Origin: Eutreptiella sp. 'Long Island Sound 2002' | Lineage: Eukaryota > Protista > Euglenida | Length of the DNA: 64,000 nt | Direction of reading: 5' to 3' | NCBI GenBank assembly: GCA_964036045.1 | Contig: OZ038378.1 | Location: forward strand, 2,728,001-2,792,000 | The notes under the pieces: generated by a model | What the model saw: the letters and a program-made list of their open reading frames with translations, nothing else | What the model was told of the DNA's origin: nothing | The model's database searches: none | Shown here: positions 34,975-47,004 of the stretch, piece after piece | Numbering within the stretch: position 1 is the stretch's first letter | Layout of the letters: each line of letters starts with the position of its first letter | Translations under genes and position numbers: made by a program

Positions 34975-35160
34975 GGGCAAGGCAAAGGTGGGGTGTGGAC
35001 CAGGGTAGAGGTAGACTTGGATGAAGGTAGGGTTCAGTAGGTGCAAGGTAGGGTTGAGGAAGGGCAGAGGCAAGATTAGAGGTGAAAGTCATGGTAGGTA
35101 GGTGTGGAGTCAAGGGGAGGGCAAAGGTAAGACCAAGGGTGGGGCAAGGGCAAAGTGCAA
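34975..35160. repeat. Degenerate hexamer-phased G-rich run (TAGGG(C/T)-like)
   Basis: Six-base periodicity: TAGGGC AAGGCA AAGGTG...TAGGGT TGAGGA AGGGCA. Confidence 0.55.
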
Positions 35161-37603
35161 GGTACTTTACAAGTCTCATCCCCACATCTGTGGTCATGTG
35201 TCGGACATAGAAACTAGCCTTGTGTGCTTGGGGAATACAAATGAACGCTCAAAGTAGAAGGTGTACTTGACTGGCACTAGGCACATTGAGTATGGTCACC
35301 AGGAGACCCATGCATGCACACTACTCAAAAAAAATGTAGAATGTAGAATGTCATGGACATTTGGAACACAAATTGTGTAACTGCCATCACCCAATGATCA
35401 TCACCCCTCCTCAGCCATTTGAGGCAATTGTGATACCTTGCTGCCTTCAAGGACCCAACCTGGTAGGAGAAATGTAGCCATATTGATTTCTCCTTGCTCA
35501 GGTGGTGTTCATAGGGTACAAGGGTTCGTAGGGTACAATATGTGGCCATATCGACTCCTCCCCACTTGAGGATCCCCTGTGGCGTAGTTTTTGAAAGATG
35601 ATCAACAATGCCCCCTCTGAATGGTACGTAAGGCGAGTCCAGCCCCCCCCTTTATGACCCCCCCCCCCTTTCGGAATATGGCCTTTTCCCATGGCCCAGT
35701 GATACCGCAATGCTGCCCATATGCATGGCTTGACAACCACTCTTCACCCTTGCCCCTCTCCCCTCCTTCTCCTTTGCGATTGCTCATTCCCACTTCCCTT
35801 ACTACATACACATCACAATTTGTCAACTCCCTTCTCTTCATTGTTTCCGCATTGTACCCTTCATCTTTAATTGGCACGAGCATCTTACACATCTGGAGGC
35901 TAATGAAGCAGCTCTCGAGGAAGCTTGTGGCACAGGCAGACAAGTATTTAAAGCACTAAAAGGGGCACATTCCAAAGCAACATCAGTGTCTGCAGTTTGG
36001 TCAGCGACGAATCCCAAGGAATGGAGAACCCATAGTAGCATTGCACATTCGGTGGCACGCCAAGTGGCAGAGCACAATGCATGCACAAGCCAACAAGTAA
36101 GAAGGTATGTGACCTGCCGAATATGCACTCGACTGGTGGGTGAGTGTGGGGAAAGTTTCACATATTGAAAAATGTCACGGAAGTGCTCGTGTGGCACATA
36201 TCAAACATATCAAGAAATTTTTTCTTTCTTTTTTTTTCACACCTTGTTTGAGTTTTTCTGGGTGTCAACAAGAGCACTATGGAAAAAATTCCAGTTTGAA
36301 TGCCATTGCTAGTTGGACAGGTAAAGTGAGGTAAATTTACTCACATGGACATTTTGGGTGCTCCAAGCATGGGTCAGGCAATGCACAGATGGATGATCAA
36401 GTTCGAGACCCGGACGAATTCAAGGATGAGAGGAAGGGGTATGAGGAAGAACCAATGGGTGGGCAGTGGATACACCGCACATACAAACGTGCTGTACAAA
36501 AGATCAGTTGCTAGTCCAAGGAGCAAAAGAAGCAAGGGGAGCAAGGGGAGCAAGGGGAGCCAATAAGCATGAATGGGGGCTCTCATAACTCGTACAACTG
36601 CCATTTGCAGGGAACTGAGAAGTGGAAGGCTGAAGAAGAACCAATCAGTAGCAATTGAATACACCGCACCTAAAAAATGCTGTGCACATAGCACATTAGC
36701 TGTTTGAGGGTCAAGGGAAAAGGGAAAATCAATGGAGGCTCATTGACCCCGTGCAAATGCTGATTGCACCTGAGGGGCGCCATTCCCAATGTGTTGACTG
36801 TGCCCTACACAGCCAAATGCATGCAGCTGGGCAAGAAGTTGCCTAAATCTGCATTTGCAGAACATACAATTGAACGCTCATTTTGTGGCCCACATATGCT
36901 AAAGTGCACATTTTACTAGTCAAAGGTGGTTGCAAATGTGGTGTTGACTATTTCCACCCTCTAGGGGATGGTTGAAGAGGGCATGCGTGGCTTTCTTTCT
37001 TAACAGTATTGCTTAATTTTCTATGTCTTTATGTCTGGTTATGGGGGCCATGGTGTTGGGCTAATACCGACATGAGGATCTATCTCGACTGCCATCATGG
37101 GGCCGGCCATTATTGAAGAAGTCAAAGTACCGAAACATTGTACCCTTTGTGAATGGCCATTGATGCACCTGTTAAACAAGGCTTGCACCAAGTGTGAATT
37201 TTGGTGACCGTTTCTGTCAAAAGATCTCTTTTCTGCCCTACATCTTCAGATGCTCATATTGGTAAAACTCGACACAAATCCAGACATAAGGTTTCAACAT
37301 GTCACGCCCTCACAGTGACATATGCACCACTTTGCAGACCCTCTTCGCCATGGCCATTCACATACATTTGTTTGTGAATGTAATTTCAGTGTAAAGTTCA
37401 CCTGAATTCCGCGTGAGGGTGTCCAGGAAGGGACTAATAATGGTTCGCTGCCTGGAGATCTCTTAGGTAGTTTGCCCCTACCTCTACCTCTATGGGAGTA
37501 AAGAGGGGCCCCACAGCGGGCCCTGTTCCCCATCAGAAGGGCGACTTGGTACTGACCTGAGCTGCACACTGCAAGAACCACGGACCCACTCCCCACCATG
37601 CAG

Positions 37604-37759
37604 GACATGCGGCAGGAGGAGAACGTAAAGAATTTTTTCAACGACGTATACGAGTTGTACCTCAAGACCCTGTTGAACCCCTTTTATGAGCTCAACACCC
37701 CCATTACGTCACCTACGTTCGATCTGCGCGTTCGGGCACTGCTGCGCCGCCACTTCTAG
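37604..37759 (+). CDS. TRAPPC2: TRAPPC2 exon 2 of 2 (joined protein 134 aa; intron 31258-37603)
   Basis: After CATGCAG the frame reads DMRQEENVKNFFNDVYELYLKTLLNPFYELNTPITSPTFDLRVRALLRRHF-TAG, the sedlin C-terminal half. It joins in phase 0. Confidence 0.93.
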   Translation, partial: DMRQEENVKNFFNDVYELYLKTLLNPFYELNTPITSPTFDLRVRALLRRHF

Positions 37760-39945
37760 GCATTGAGGAGGCCGTTTACAGTGACGGGTACCTGTATGGA
37801 TATATCCCTGCAAGGATGGTTGTCAGGAGGGGGCTTTGGGAAAATCTGAACAGTTGAGTTTGCCACCCGCTCTGAGTATCTTTGCTGGCAATTTTCTTCA
37901 TTTCTATGATTCAAAGCCCCCCCCCTGCAGCCATAAGAGCCATGCTTTGGGCTGTGGGGAGTGCATTTGGCCTCCCACATCTTGAGTGAAGGTAACCCCA
38001 CCCTAGCACCAACAAAACAGTGCCATAGTTATGTGCATCCGAGTGAACCGGGTCTTCAAGCTCATGGTGGACTGCTGTGTTAGACAGGGTTCCGGGGTGT
38101 CTGTCCTCCAGAAATGTCTACTCTGACTTGAAACTGGTGCTTGTAGTTGCACCAGATCTAAAGGGGTGTCCTTGTTTGGGACGGGGGGGAGTCTAGTGTG
38201 TGTCCAAGAATGGAGTGTCCTCCCTCTTTGATCAGGTTCGGGCCCGGAATGCACCATGTGATCTGTTATGTATAACAGGCATTTCAGGCATGAACGCACT
38301 TACACGCCTATCGTGGCAAACTCATGCCCAGCATGGGGGGCGAGCATGCGGAATAGGGCGGTGGATGGATGGGTTGCCTTGCTGCAATGGGACTGCCTGA
38401 CTTTGGGCTGGGTGGCCGGGTTGGTCTTGAGAACCCAGACAGCCCCCGCCCACTAACCACAACATCACCAATTCACAGATGGTCTGGATAGACTGACGAA
38501 ACGCGTGGTGCACCCTTTTTGAAGCCAGCAGTTGTTCCGCTAGAACGTTCGTTGAGGAGTCGAAGCGGTGGTCATGGTTTGGGTTGAGGAACGTACGAGG
38601 AGGTGGAAGTGTTGCTGTGTACCTCCGTTTTGGGTGGGGTCGCAGGCGTTTATTCGGGGCATGGGCGTGCTCTTGTGCGTGATGCATGCAGCACAGGGTG
38701 CACCTTGCAAGGCTTGCGAAACGGGCCGAATCTCATCTTGTTTGAGTAATCTGGGTATGTGCTTGCTGCAGGCAGCGCCTGATGTGAACGTCCTTGGCAC
38801 AACGCAGTCAAAAAAATGGCACATTGCAGTCAAAAAAATGGAATTGATGCACATCGGGGCCAGTCAGAGTTTGTTTAAGTCAGGGAGTGGGGTGTACAGT
38901 TAGTCTTGCGATGGGTGTCATCAGTTTCACCCCCGGCCCCCCTTTTTGGCCATGTCATTGGACAACACATGCATTTTGAAGTGCCAGCATCCTGTGCAGC
39001 CTTCTGTCCACTTGCATTTGGTGCTTGGATCAAGGCATCTCCAACAAAACACACGGTTGCCTGTCCATGTGCTGGACAAAGTTCGATACCTCCCTCTGCA
39101 TCCCAGTGCAAGGAACAGTGCAGTTGAATGAAGGTAGCCTTTGTTTTAACATTTCCAATGCTTTCATGGAACAAGTTGTTTTGGTGCTCATGGAATTTTC
39201 AGCGTTGTGTTGTGCTGGCATTGATATCATGTTGTGTGCAGTATCATTGTTGTTGCCTTTCCTGGTGGCTAGAGCAGTTTTTGCAGGATAATCCTATTTC
39301 AGAATGGTTTAAAAATTGTCATGTCAGGAGCCACTCTTCAGGAGCTGTGGGACATGCAGTTATCATCGTGCAATGGGTCAGTCTTAACACCAGCATAGCG
39401 ATGAGATGTAGGAAGATGTAGGTGCAATCTAGATCAGTTATTATCTGGGTCCCAGAACAGTACTGAACAGTACTGAATGGTGGTGCACAATTCAAAGCAT
39501 GGACACTTTGTAGTGGTCAGCCTGCTACAATGGAAATTGGGACCCCGTCATACCGTTAACCCCCCCCCCCCCTCTTGAATAGTCCCCCACGTTGCATAAT
39601 CCCCTGGCGGACACCAGCACTTTGATTTTTTTCGGCAATTTTATAATGCATGGTTGCAACATTCTGTAACCTCCTCTCCTAAGATTGGTCACGTTGTACA
39701 TGTTTGTGTCTGCTTTTTTATTCAGACACAGATGTATGCTCCAAACCATTATGTTTGGTACCACTCTCGCAGCCAGGGTGCCCACCAAGTGCAAGCCGGG
39801 CAAGCCAGCTGTCAATAGGGCTGCAAAGCAGCTACACAGTCCTCTTCTGCTTCATCATCCAACCCTCGACCTGTTCCCAAATGGCCCATTGAACATGTCC
39901 CAGACTTCAAGGTTGTTTGGTCTCGCAAAAAGAAGTTTCATGCAG

Positions 39946-40089
39946 TGCCTTTGGAAAGGGTACCCGCACAAAAAAACCAACATGTTTCAATGGGACTGAC
40001 ACTACCCGCATCTTGCATGCCTTTGGAAACGGTACCCGCACAAAAATACCACCATGTTTCAATGGGACTGACACTACCCGCATCTTGCA
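39946..40089. repeat. 72-bp tandem duplication
   Basis: TGCCTTTGGAAA.GGTACCCGCACAAAAA.ACCA.CATGTTTCAATGGGACTGACACTACCCGCATCTTGCA occurs twice in tandem. Confidence 0.85.
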
Positions 40090-40419
40090 TACACTGTTGG
40101 TTCACAACATGTTACCAGTGCAGTGCATGGCTCAATGTCTGGGGGGTGTGTGGGGATACCGTCACACACTATGGGGTGGCTGTTCAAGCGGGGGGCAAGA
40201 TAGTACAACATTGCTACTTCACACAACCCCCTTTAAGTGGCTTGATCCAAGCTGAGAGGTTGGCCCCTTCTCCTTGGTGAGTTGCAATTTTTTCGACGGC
40301 ACCAAATTCGATATGCCCGGCTGTGTTGTGGGCGTTACCTTCTGTGCAAAATGCACCAAATATTAAGAAGTTCCCCCTCTGTTAGCTGAAACAATTGAGA
40401 AGGTCGGCACTTTAGCCTT

Positions 40420-40900
40420 CAATTGTCGTCCTGTTGTATGAGATCCCCTATGGAATTTCTACACAGCTTGTCACCACGTAGGTCTAGGACCCATTTACAA
40501 AATTCATCCACGTGCTTTTCCTTCCCTACATCCTGAGACAGTTCCTCCTTAGATGCATATAGCCTGCCACCAAGGAACCGACGGAAAGGAGTAGCATCCG
40601 TGACAATTATGCCTGAACAGTTGGAGACAATCAGACGCCATTGCAAGCACTGGTGGACAACAATTTGAATGTGATAGATAAAGCGCCACATCCTGCACCG
40701 GAACCATTTCAATGAGACAGTAGAAAGATAACCGCAAAATAACAAGAAAAAGATCCATCATACATATCGCAGCACCAAGAGCAAACCGGTGCCATGGTCA
40801 CAGATGCATCAATAAAAAACAATTGGACAAATGGAACACACACCTTCGTAGTAACACATACCATGAATTGTTTAGTGGCTGGGAACGTTGCCTTGTGCAC
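40420..40900 (-). mobile_element. Possible decayed reverse-transcriptase fragment
   Basis: On the minus strand, LRYV(frameshift)DG resembles RYVDD, and PFRRFLGGRL further on resembles the RT FLG motif. Heavily disrupted. Confidence 0.3.
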
Positions 40901-41859
40901 ATGTCGACACTTGCGTGGAACTAGTCTTTTTCAAGAAAAATCAATTTCAATATCCCATTTTTCATGGTCATGTTTTTGTATACATTTTAGTTCAAATTGT
41001 CGTGTCAATTCAACGGTAACATGTGTTGATGATCCAACGTAACATGTGGTGATGATCCGACGACCCTGTCACTTCACAGCTTCTGTGTGCTCTTGCTTCA
41101 CAATTTGTGCCCCCCCCCCCCCCCTCCCTCCTTCCCTAGAGAAGCACCCCAAGTAGACCAGAGTAGACCGCAAACCCTCCCTACAAAGCGCGTTGCATAA
41201 GGTGGAATCGGTGATTTCGGTGTTAACACATGTCAGTTCTCTTGTGCCAAACAAACAGTATTATCCCCACAAGTGTGGGTGTCAATACATTCAGCACAAT
41301 AATTCTCTTTGCACTCACCACAAACTGTGATGGTGGAGCGCTTTTGACAACACAAAGCACACCCGTTTGCCTCATCCTCTCCCTAATCTTGCGTGGCAGC
41401 TGAGTTGCTTTTATCAATCCAAAATTGCTTACGGCCCTTCAAAGCTGTATTCTTTCTTCCAATGAAGGGATGAATCCATATGAATCCATATCCCCAACTC
41501 GAGGGGCCACACAAATTTGTTCATTGTTAGTCCATATCGCCAGCTGAAGGGGCCACAGAAATCACCTCGAAGAGAGGTTGTTAGATCAAGCGCAGGCGCG
41601 GGCGTCCTATACCCCCCTTTTTTGGGGTCATTCGCGTAGCATACCCCAAGGCATGATATTGGATGTCCAACCCCTTGTAAAATCATTATTTTGCCCAATA
41701 AGACCATCCCCCAATGGTTTTTTGATTGTGAGGCCTCTATCCCCTAAAACTGGATATCACTTTTTTGGGGTGTGGGGGTGTGGGGGGGGGGTGTGGGGGG
41801 GGGGTCAAAAGTTTTTGCTGAGAAGGCTCTAAGCAGTGGGGAAGCAAACCGCTAACACA

Positions 41860-41936
41860 CAACTGATGGTTGAATGGTAACACAGCAGACCGCAGGAATC
41901 AAGGTCGGCGGTTCGAATCCTGGGCGGCCATTTTTT
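41860..41936 (+). promoter_or_regulatory. tRNA-like A/B-box cassette followed by a T6 Pol III terminator
   Basis: A box 41867-41877, B box GGTTCGAATCC 41910-41920, TTTTTT at 41931-41936. Confidence 0.65.
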
Positions 41937-41965
41937 GCGGCGGCGGCGGTGGCGGCGGCGGCATA

Positions 41966-42038
41966 TTTACTGTACCGGGGTTCGAACCGCCGACCAAAAA
42001 GTCAACAGGTAGCTGCATTACCATTCGGCCACTGCTTC
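41966..42038 (-). pseudogene. tRNA-Asn-like degenerate cassette, convergent with the plus-strand cassette
   Basis: The minus strand reads GTGGCCGAATGGTAATGCAGCTAC-CTGTTGA-CTTTTTGGTCGGCGGTTCGAACCCC: A box, a CT-GTT-GA anticodon-like loop and a B box. The anticodon stem does not pair. Confidence 0.55.
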
Positions 42039-42699
42039 AATACCAGGACATTAGAGTCCCCAGTGCTTGGGTTCGTGTCTGCCACTGACAAAAAACCCAG
42101 ACTGTGTGTTTCTGTCTGACTGACTGCTGGCCTGGCTCAAGGACTGCTTGGCTGACTGTCAACCTCTCTTCGAGGTGCACTGCCGAAGGCAATAGAATTT
42201 GTCGATGATGAGTCCCCAACTCAAGGGACCATACAAATTTATGGATTATGAGTCCATATCCCCAACTCAAGGGGCCACCCAATTTGTGGATTGTTTGGCG
42301 TACATACGGGGTGAGGCAACACAAGGAGGGAGTTGAAAATGGTCATGGGTGGCGAATGGGTCCAAAAAGATGCCCGACGCTAACACTCCCCCCAAGGCTT
42401 GTCTAGTCTCCGAGGCTTGCCCTTTCCCTAAACAACTCATATAGTGCAGACAAAAATACCATGTTCCATGGACATCCGCCAAAGAACTATGGCAGCAAGA
42501 GTATTCGGATCATGCACCCACTCAGCCATGTGCTCCAAAGAATATCCAAAGCCCCAACCGGACTGGAAAGGCAAGCATGAAATGGGATTTGCAGCACCCC
42601 CTTCAAAATGATACAGAAGCAAAATGGCAATTGGACCAGGCTCCGCATCTAGGGAATGTGCAAAATTTCGGGAGAGGGTGCATCTCTTTTGCGTGGACA

Positions 42700-43000
42700 C
42701 ATGGGGTAACATGCACAAGCATGTCCTAGACACACTTCGGGGTCTACAAGCGGATGGCTTGAGGTATGCCCACGGCGTGAACAGGGGTGTGTATAGGGTA
42801 CATACCCACATTGCATTTGCATTGCATGCACATAGTATCCATACTTTGCCGCACCCCTTGGCACTGAAGACATTAGGGATAAGGTAGAGTTGGGGGCTTA
42901 GGAAGAAGTACAACTCTGAGTGTAACTCACCAATTTGCATGAAACTGACTGACCTCTGCCTCCATGTTCCATTGCACTTGACACCAGAACTAGGGACTTG
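42700..43000 (-). mobile_element. Possible decayed LINE AP-endonuclease fragment
   Basis: ELH...Y...NVFSAKGCGKVWIL loosely resembles the QE.H...G.GV.IL region of apurinic endonucleases. Confidence 0.25.
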
Positions 43001-43384
43001 CTTGTCTGAGTGGAGCACGGGGCATGGGGTCTAGGGGAAGGGGGAAGGGGGGGAGGGGTCTCCCCCCTGCCCCGCCAGAATGTACCCTGCGAATCCTAAT
43101 GTTTTGCGGAATCCTAATTATTGTAATGTGGGTTTTGAATCTTATTTGTGCAGATTTTTGCAACGGCACCCAAAATAGGGGAAACATATTTCAGTTCTAC
43201 GATTTCTTCCGGCGGAGATCAGTTTGGCGGAGCTGTTTTGGTTGAATGCGTCCAAAGTTTTTTTATGTTTTATTTTTTTTTGTGTTCAGAAGGCCCGGAC
43301 CACATTTGGTGCTGAAGGCGCTGGAGGAACTTTTTTAGCATATCTCTAAGGGACATTCAGAACATGCCAACGCGGAGCAAATTC

Positions 43385-44185
43385 GTGTTTTTTCAGGGTT
43401 TTCTCAATTTTTTGTCCAAAGCACCAAAATTTCATTCCGTAGGGGGGGGTATGTGTATGCTTTTCGAAATCTGTGAGAAAAGGCCGTTTCAGAAATGTAT
43501 GGGTTGGGGGGGGATAGGTGACCATATTTTTGAGTACCGAGGCCGACCTTTTCGGCGTTTCAGGGTTTTCAGGCCTCAGGCTGCTCCGCTCATGCGTGCA
43601 GGACACCAACTCACAGGTCTTCCCCTGGGTGCTCCGACATATTGTGGAGTTGGAGCAGAGTGGAAGGAGGTAAATGGATGCATTTTGACGTGCTGAATCC
43701 AAATATTGTGGTCTCATGTCCCAACTTGACAGCCTCTTTGAGAAATTCTGCCATCTTTGATTTCTTGCACTCTGGTGAGCTTGATGCTGCAAGTTGCACC
43801 AGGCATCACCCGGGTGTCAAAGGTAGTTATTGGTCAAAATCTTCAACATATTGGGGTCTTGAGGGGACCCATGTTGCACATGTCTTCTACACATCAAATG
43901 CAACAAATCCACCTGACTGACGTGACCCTCATATGCCCATATGTTGGAGTAATGGGGGTAGGGGTGCGGTGCAGTCTGTCTGAAACCGGACTAGAACAGG
44001 CAAAAAAAACCCAACCTGTCAACGGTAACGGCCATTTTTTGAAAAAATATGGTTCCGGACCCCCCCTAACCCATACATCTCCGAAAAGCCCTTTTCAAGG
44101 GCTTTCCGAATATACCCCACATACCCCTACCTACGGGACACTCAGTGAGCACAAATCAGGCAACAATGGCACCGACCCCTGAAAA
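43385..44185. repeat. Imperfect ~140-bp inverted repeat pair (43390-43530 / 44035-44185)
   Basis: AAAAATATGGT...CCCCC.AACCCATACAT.TC.GAAA.G.CCTTTTC...CCTACGG...CCCTGAAAA is shared between the second arm and the reverse complement of the first. Confidence 0.65.
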
Positions 44186-44693
44186 CGCTCCGTGTTGGCA
44201 TAATCGGCACCGTCCCTTAGAGATATGGTGGGAGATGAAATTTGTTTTTATCCCAAGTGTGCATCCTCAAAATGTTCAGACCTACATGGGGAATCCAAAT
44301 ATGTATGCAAAACATCAAATATTTTCTGACACCTAACCTCCCATCTAGCCCCCCCCTCCAATTGGTATAATTTCCTTTTCAAGAACCCCACATATGTGTG
44401 TTCAAAATTATCAGTGCGACGAAGGGATCATTTTGAGGTATGTATGTTGGGCTACCTGGGACCCCATCCCGGCTGCCCCCCAGCTCCCTCCCTTCACGTG
44501 GCCAAAAGGTTTGGGGATGTCGTCGTCGGGGGCTGCACCTGGGCTGGGGGAAGAGAAGTGTCCGTCCGCCGAGAGCGACCTCAAGGACTGCACTTCTTTG
44601 GAACGGCCTTTTTCGTGGGCTAAGGCACGGAAGAAGAGGGCCCTAGCGCCAGATGTAGGGCAACGTGACCCAGTGTCGCGTTAGCATGTCCCC

Positions 44694-45110
44694 GAGGTAT
44701 ATACGGATGACTCCTTTGCAGAGGAGGCGCCGGGTGTAGGTTTTGCGGGCTTCCGTGTTTGGTTCGGTCCTCTAGACCCCCGGAATGTCAGCGGCCACCT
44801 GGATGGGGTGCTATAGATAATAGGGCGGAGTCGGTGGCGGCCATCACTGCGCTCTGCGCGGTACTGCCGGCCCAGCCCCATCTGTGTCGTAACGGACAGT
44901 AAGTATGTCTATGATGGAACCAACACCCACATGTACCGGTGGTTCCTCTTGGGGTCCAATGTGTCAAACGTAGATCTCTGGGAGGACCTGCACGCGGCTT
45001 TGCGGGCCCGCGCTGCCCCGACCGTCTTGCGTCATGTGTACAGTCAAATTGGAATCGTGGGTAATGAGAGGGCAGATGTCCTTGCCAACTCGGGGCACAT
45101 CGGGCATCCA
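44694..45110 (+). mobile_element. RNase H1-type domain, pseudogenised; probable 3' end of a non-LTR retroelement
   Basis: VYTDDS...VWFGPLDPRNVS...(frameshift)NRAES.AAI.AL...(frameshift)VVTDSKYVYDG...N.DLW...HVYSQIGIVGNERADVLAN gives the RNase H D-E-D-D motifs, with a stop and compensating frameshifts. Confidence 0.8.
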
Positions 45111-47004
45111 GCGAGGCTCCAGTTTCTGTGCGAACAGCGGGCCCACCATGGCGTGTCGCCTGTCATCTTGTGTGCCTGATTTGTTGGGTGGCCTCACTGT
45201 GTACGCTTGCATAGTGTTCCTTGCACCTTCCTCTTGATGTGGTTTGTTTGCTGCGGTGTTTCCGCGCCGTCTATGCGTTCCTACCTTTTCTCCTGACTCT
45301 CTCTTTCTCGCTCTATGGGTGGTTGGCTGGCGGCCCCGTGAGGGCCAGCAGGACGGGCATGATGTCGAGTTCATGTTTGCCCTATACTCCTAGGCAGTGC
45401 TGCTCTCACCGATGTTCTGGTTCTTGGGAGCCTCTCCCCCTTGCCCTACTCCCCCCCCGCCCCCCCCCCCCCCCACGGCTTGGCAGGGATGCATTGGGAT
45501 GGTTTGTGGGGAGAGGTAGGGCACATGCGCATGCAATGTGTGTCTTGCTGCATTGTGGTGGGGTTTTAGGGCTAGGAGCTGCGGTGTGTTGGCAGCACCC
45601 TGTACACATCCAGAGCAGACGCCCGACAGGGCTGCCCCCCTGCAGGGCCGAACACCGAACCGATGGTTTGCAGTAGTGGTCAGACGTAGGAATGTCGAAC
45701 CTCGCAGTTTGAGCATGATTGCAATTGATACCTTGGCACACACACACCAGCGAGACCCATGGGCTAATGCCTCTGCGTCCGCCGACCGCACAGTGGACTC
45801 GCCCAGGGGGCCTCCACCAAAGCACAGAGCACAGAGAGGGATGCAGGGCACGGTAGGAGCACAGACTCCACTCCCTCTTGTTGCATGTATGCGTGTCCAG
45901 TTTCCTCAACCCAGTTGCGTGAAGCCAGCAGCCCGACGACGGGGCATCAGAACATCGGAACTTGCAGGGAGGTCGCTTAGCAGTAGGTCTTAGAATGTTG
46001 AACCTCGCAGTTTGAGCACGATTTGAATGATTTGGGCGTCACACACACACACACACCTTCGGATACAATTCTGATATACACGCAAGTACACTCATATTGA
46101 TTGGTGTGTTATTTTGGAGAAACTACACTCTTACGTGGCCGGTTATGCATGTAGGGCAAATGACCAAGATGCACAATTTGTTTCATTTTCAATGCCATGA
46201 CGGGGTATACATGTCACCAAGGACAGTATGTGGATATCAGTGTTTTGGGGTGAGTATTTCATTCTTTGAAAAGAATTTGGAACTGCAGCTCCAAAATATC
46301 TCCAAGGCCCCTGTGATGGAGGTGCTGCTTGTCTCTCGTTTCACAAAAGTAGCGCGCCAGCGTGCGCCCGCAAAGATTCCGGTTGTGAATGAGACCGTGT
46401 CGGTGGGTGGTCAGTGCAAAATTTGTGGAAGATATTTCCACATTGAGAGAGGGCAGGGTTCATTGATGGCGAGACAATGGTGCTAAAAGCAGGAAAGGGC
46501 TGAGCTTGAGAATTGAGACTAGAAATGGGAGCAGCAGTGGCTGTGCTAGTGGATGTGAAAAGGGGTGGTTGTGGGGTGCGGTAGTGGGAGTAGAATGGGT
46601 GTACCGATGGTAGGGGTGGGCTTGGGAGTGGGCGCAGGGCCGGGGCTGGGGATGGGGGTGGGGCAGGGCTTTGCTTGAAGGGGAGGGGGGCGATCGGCGA
46701 GATTCCAGAGCGGTTGCAGAGCGGTCACAGGGGACTCAAAGCGGTTGGGGGGCGGTTACTGGCGGTTGGAAATGCGGTTGGGGCGGGTGTCGGGGTATGG
46801 GAATGCCTTTGGGGGAGAGTCAGGGCCGGCGTGTTGGGGGGGAGGGGGGTACCCCCCTCCCCTTGAAGCGATTCCCTGGGGTGGGGAGTGTGGGTGGGAG
46901 CCAAATCTTTGCAACGACCGCCATGGCCATACACAAGGCAGCATAGCCACAAACAAGTGCCCGGCATGCCCTGCCTCGGGGTCTGCATCCCCCTTCAGAT
47001 CCAC

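Larger units (their letters stand above)
41562..42197 (+). mobile_element. Non-autonomous Helitron/Helentron-like element, short subfamily (636 bp)
   Basis: Same 5' end, subterminal IR and TGCC-GAA-GGCA-ATAGAA 3' end as 12931-13518. The flanks CCACAGAAA and TTTGT rejoin into a monomer of the local ~43-bp repeat (compare CCACACAAATTTGT just upstream). No TSD. Confidence 0.85.

Noticed and set aside
46150-46441. Casein-kinase-like fragment on minus (NLCGRTLARY...GDILE...CPW)
   Set aside because: Only a loose resemblance, with no intact HRD/DFG motifs and several stops.
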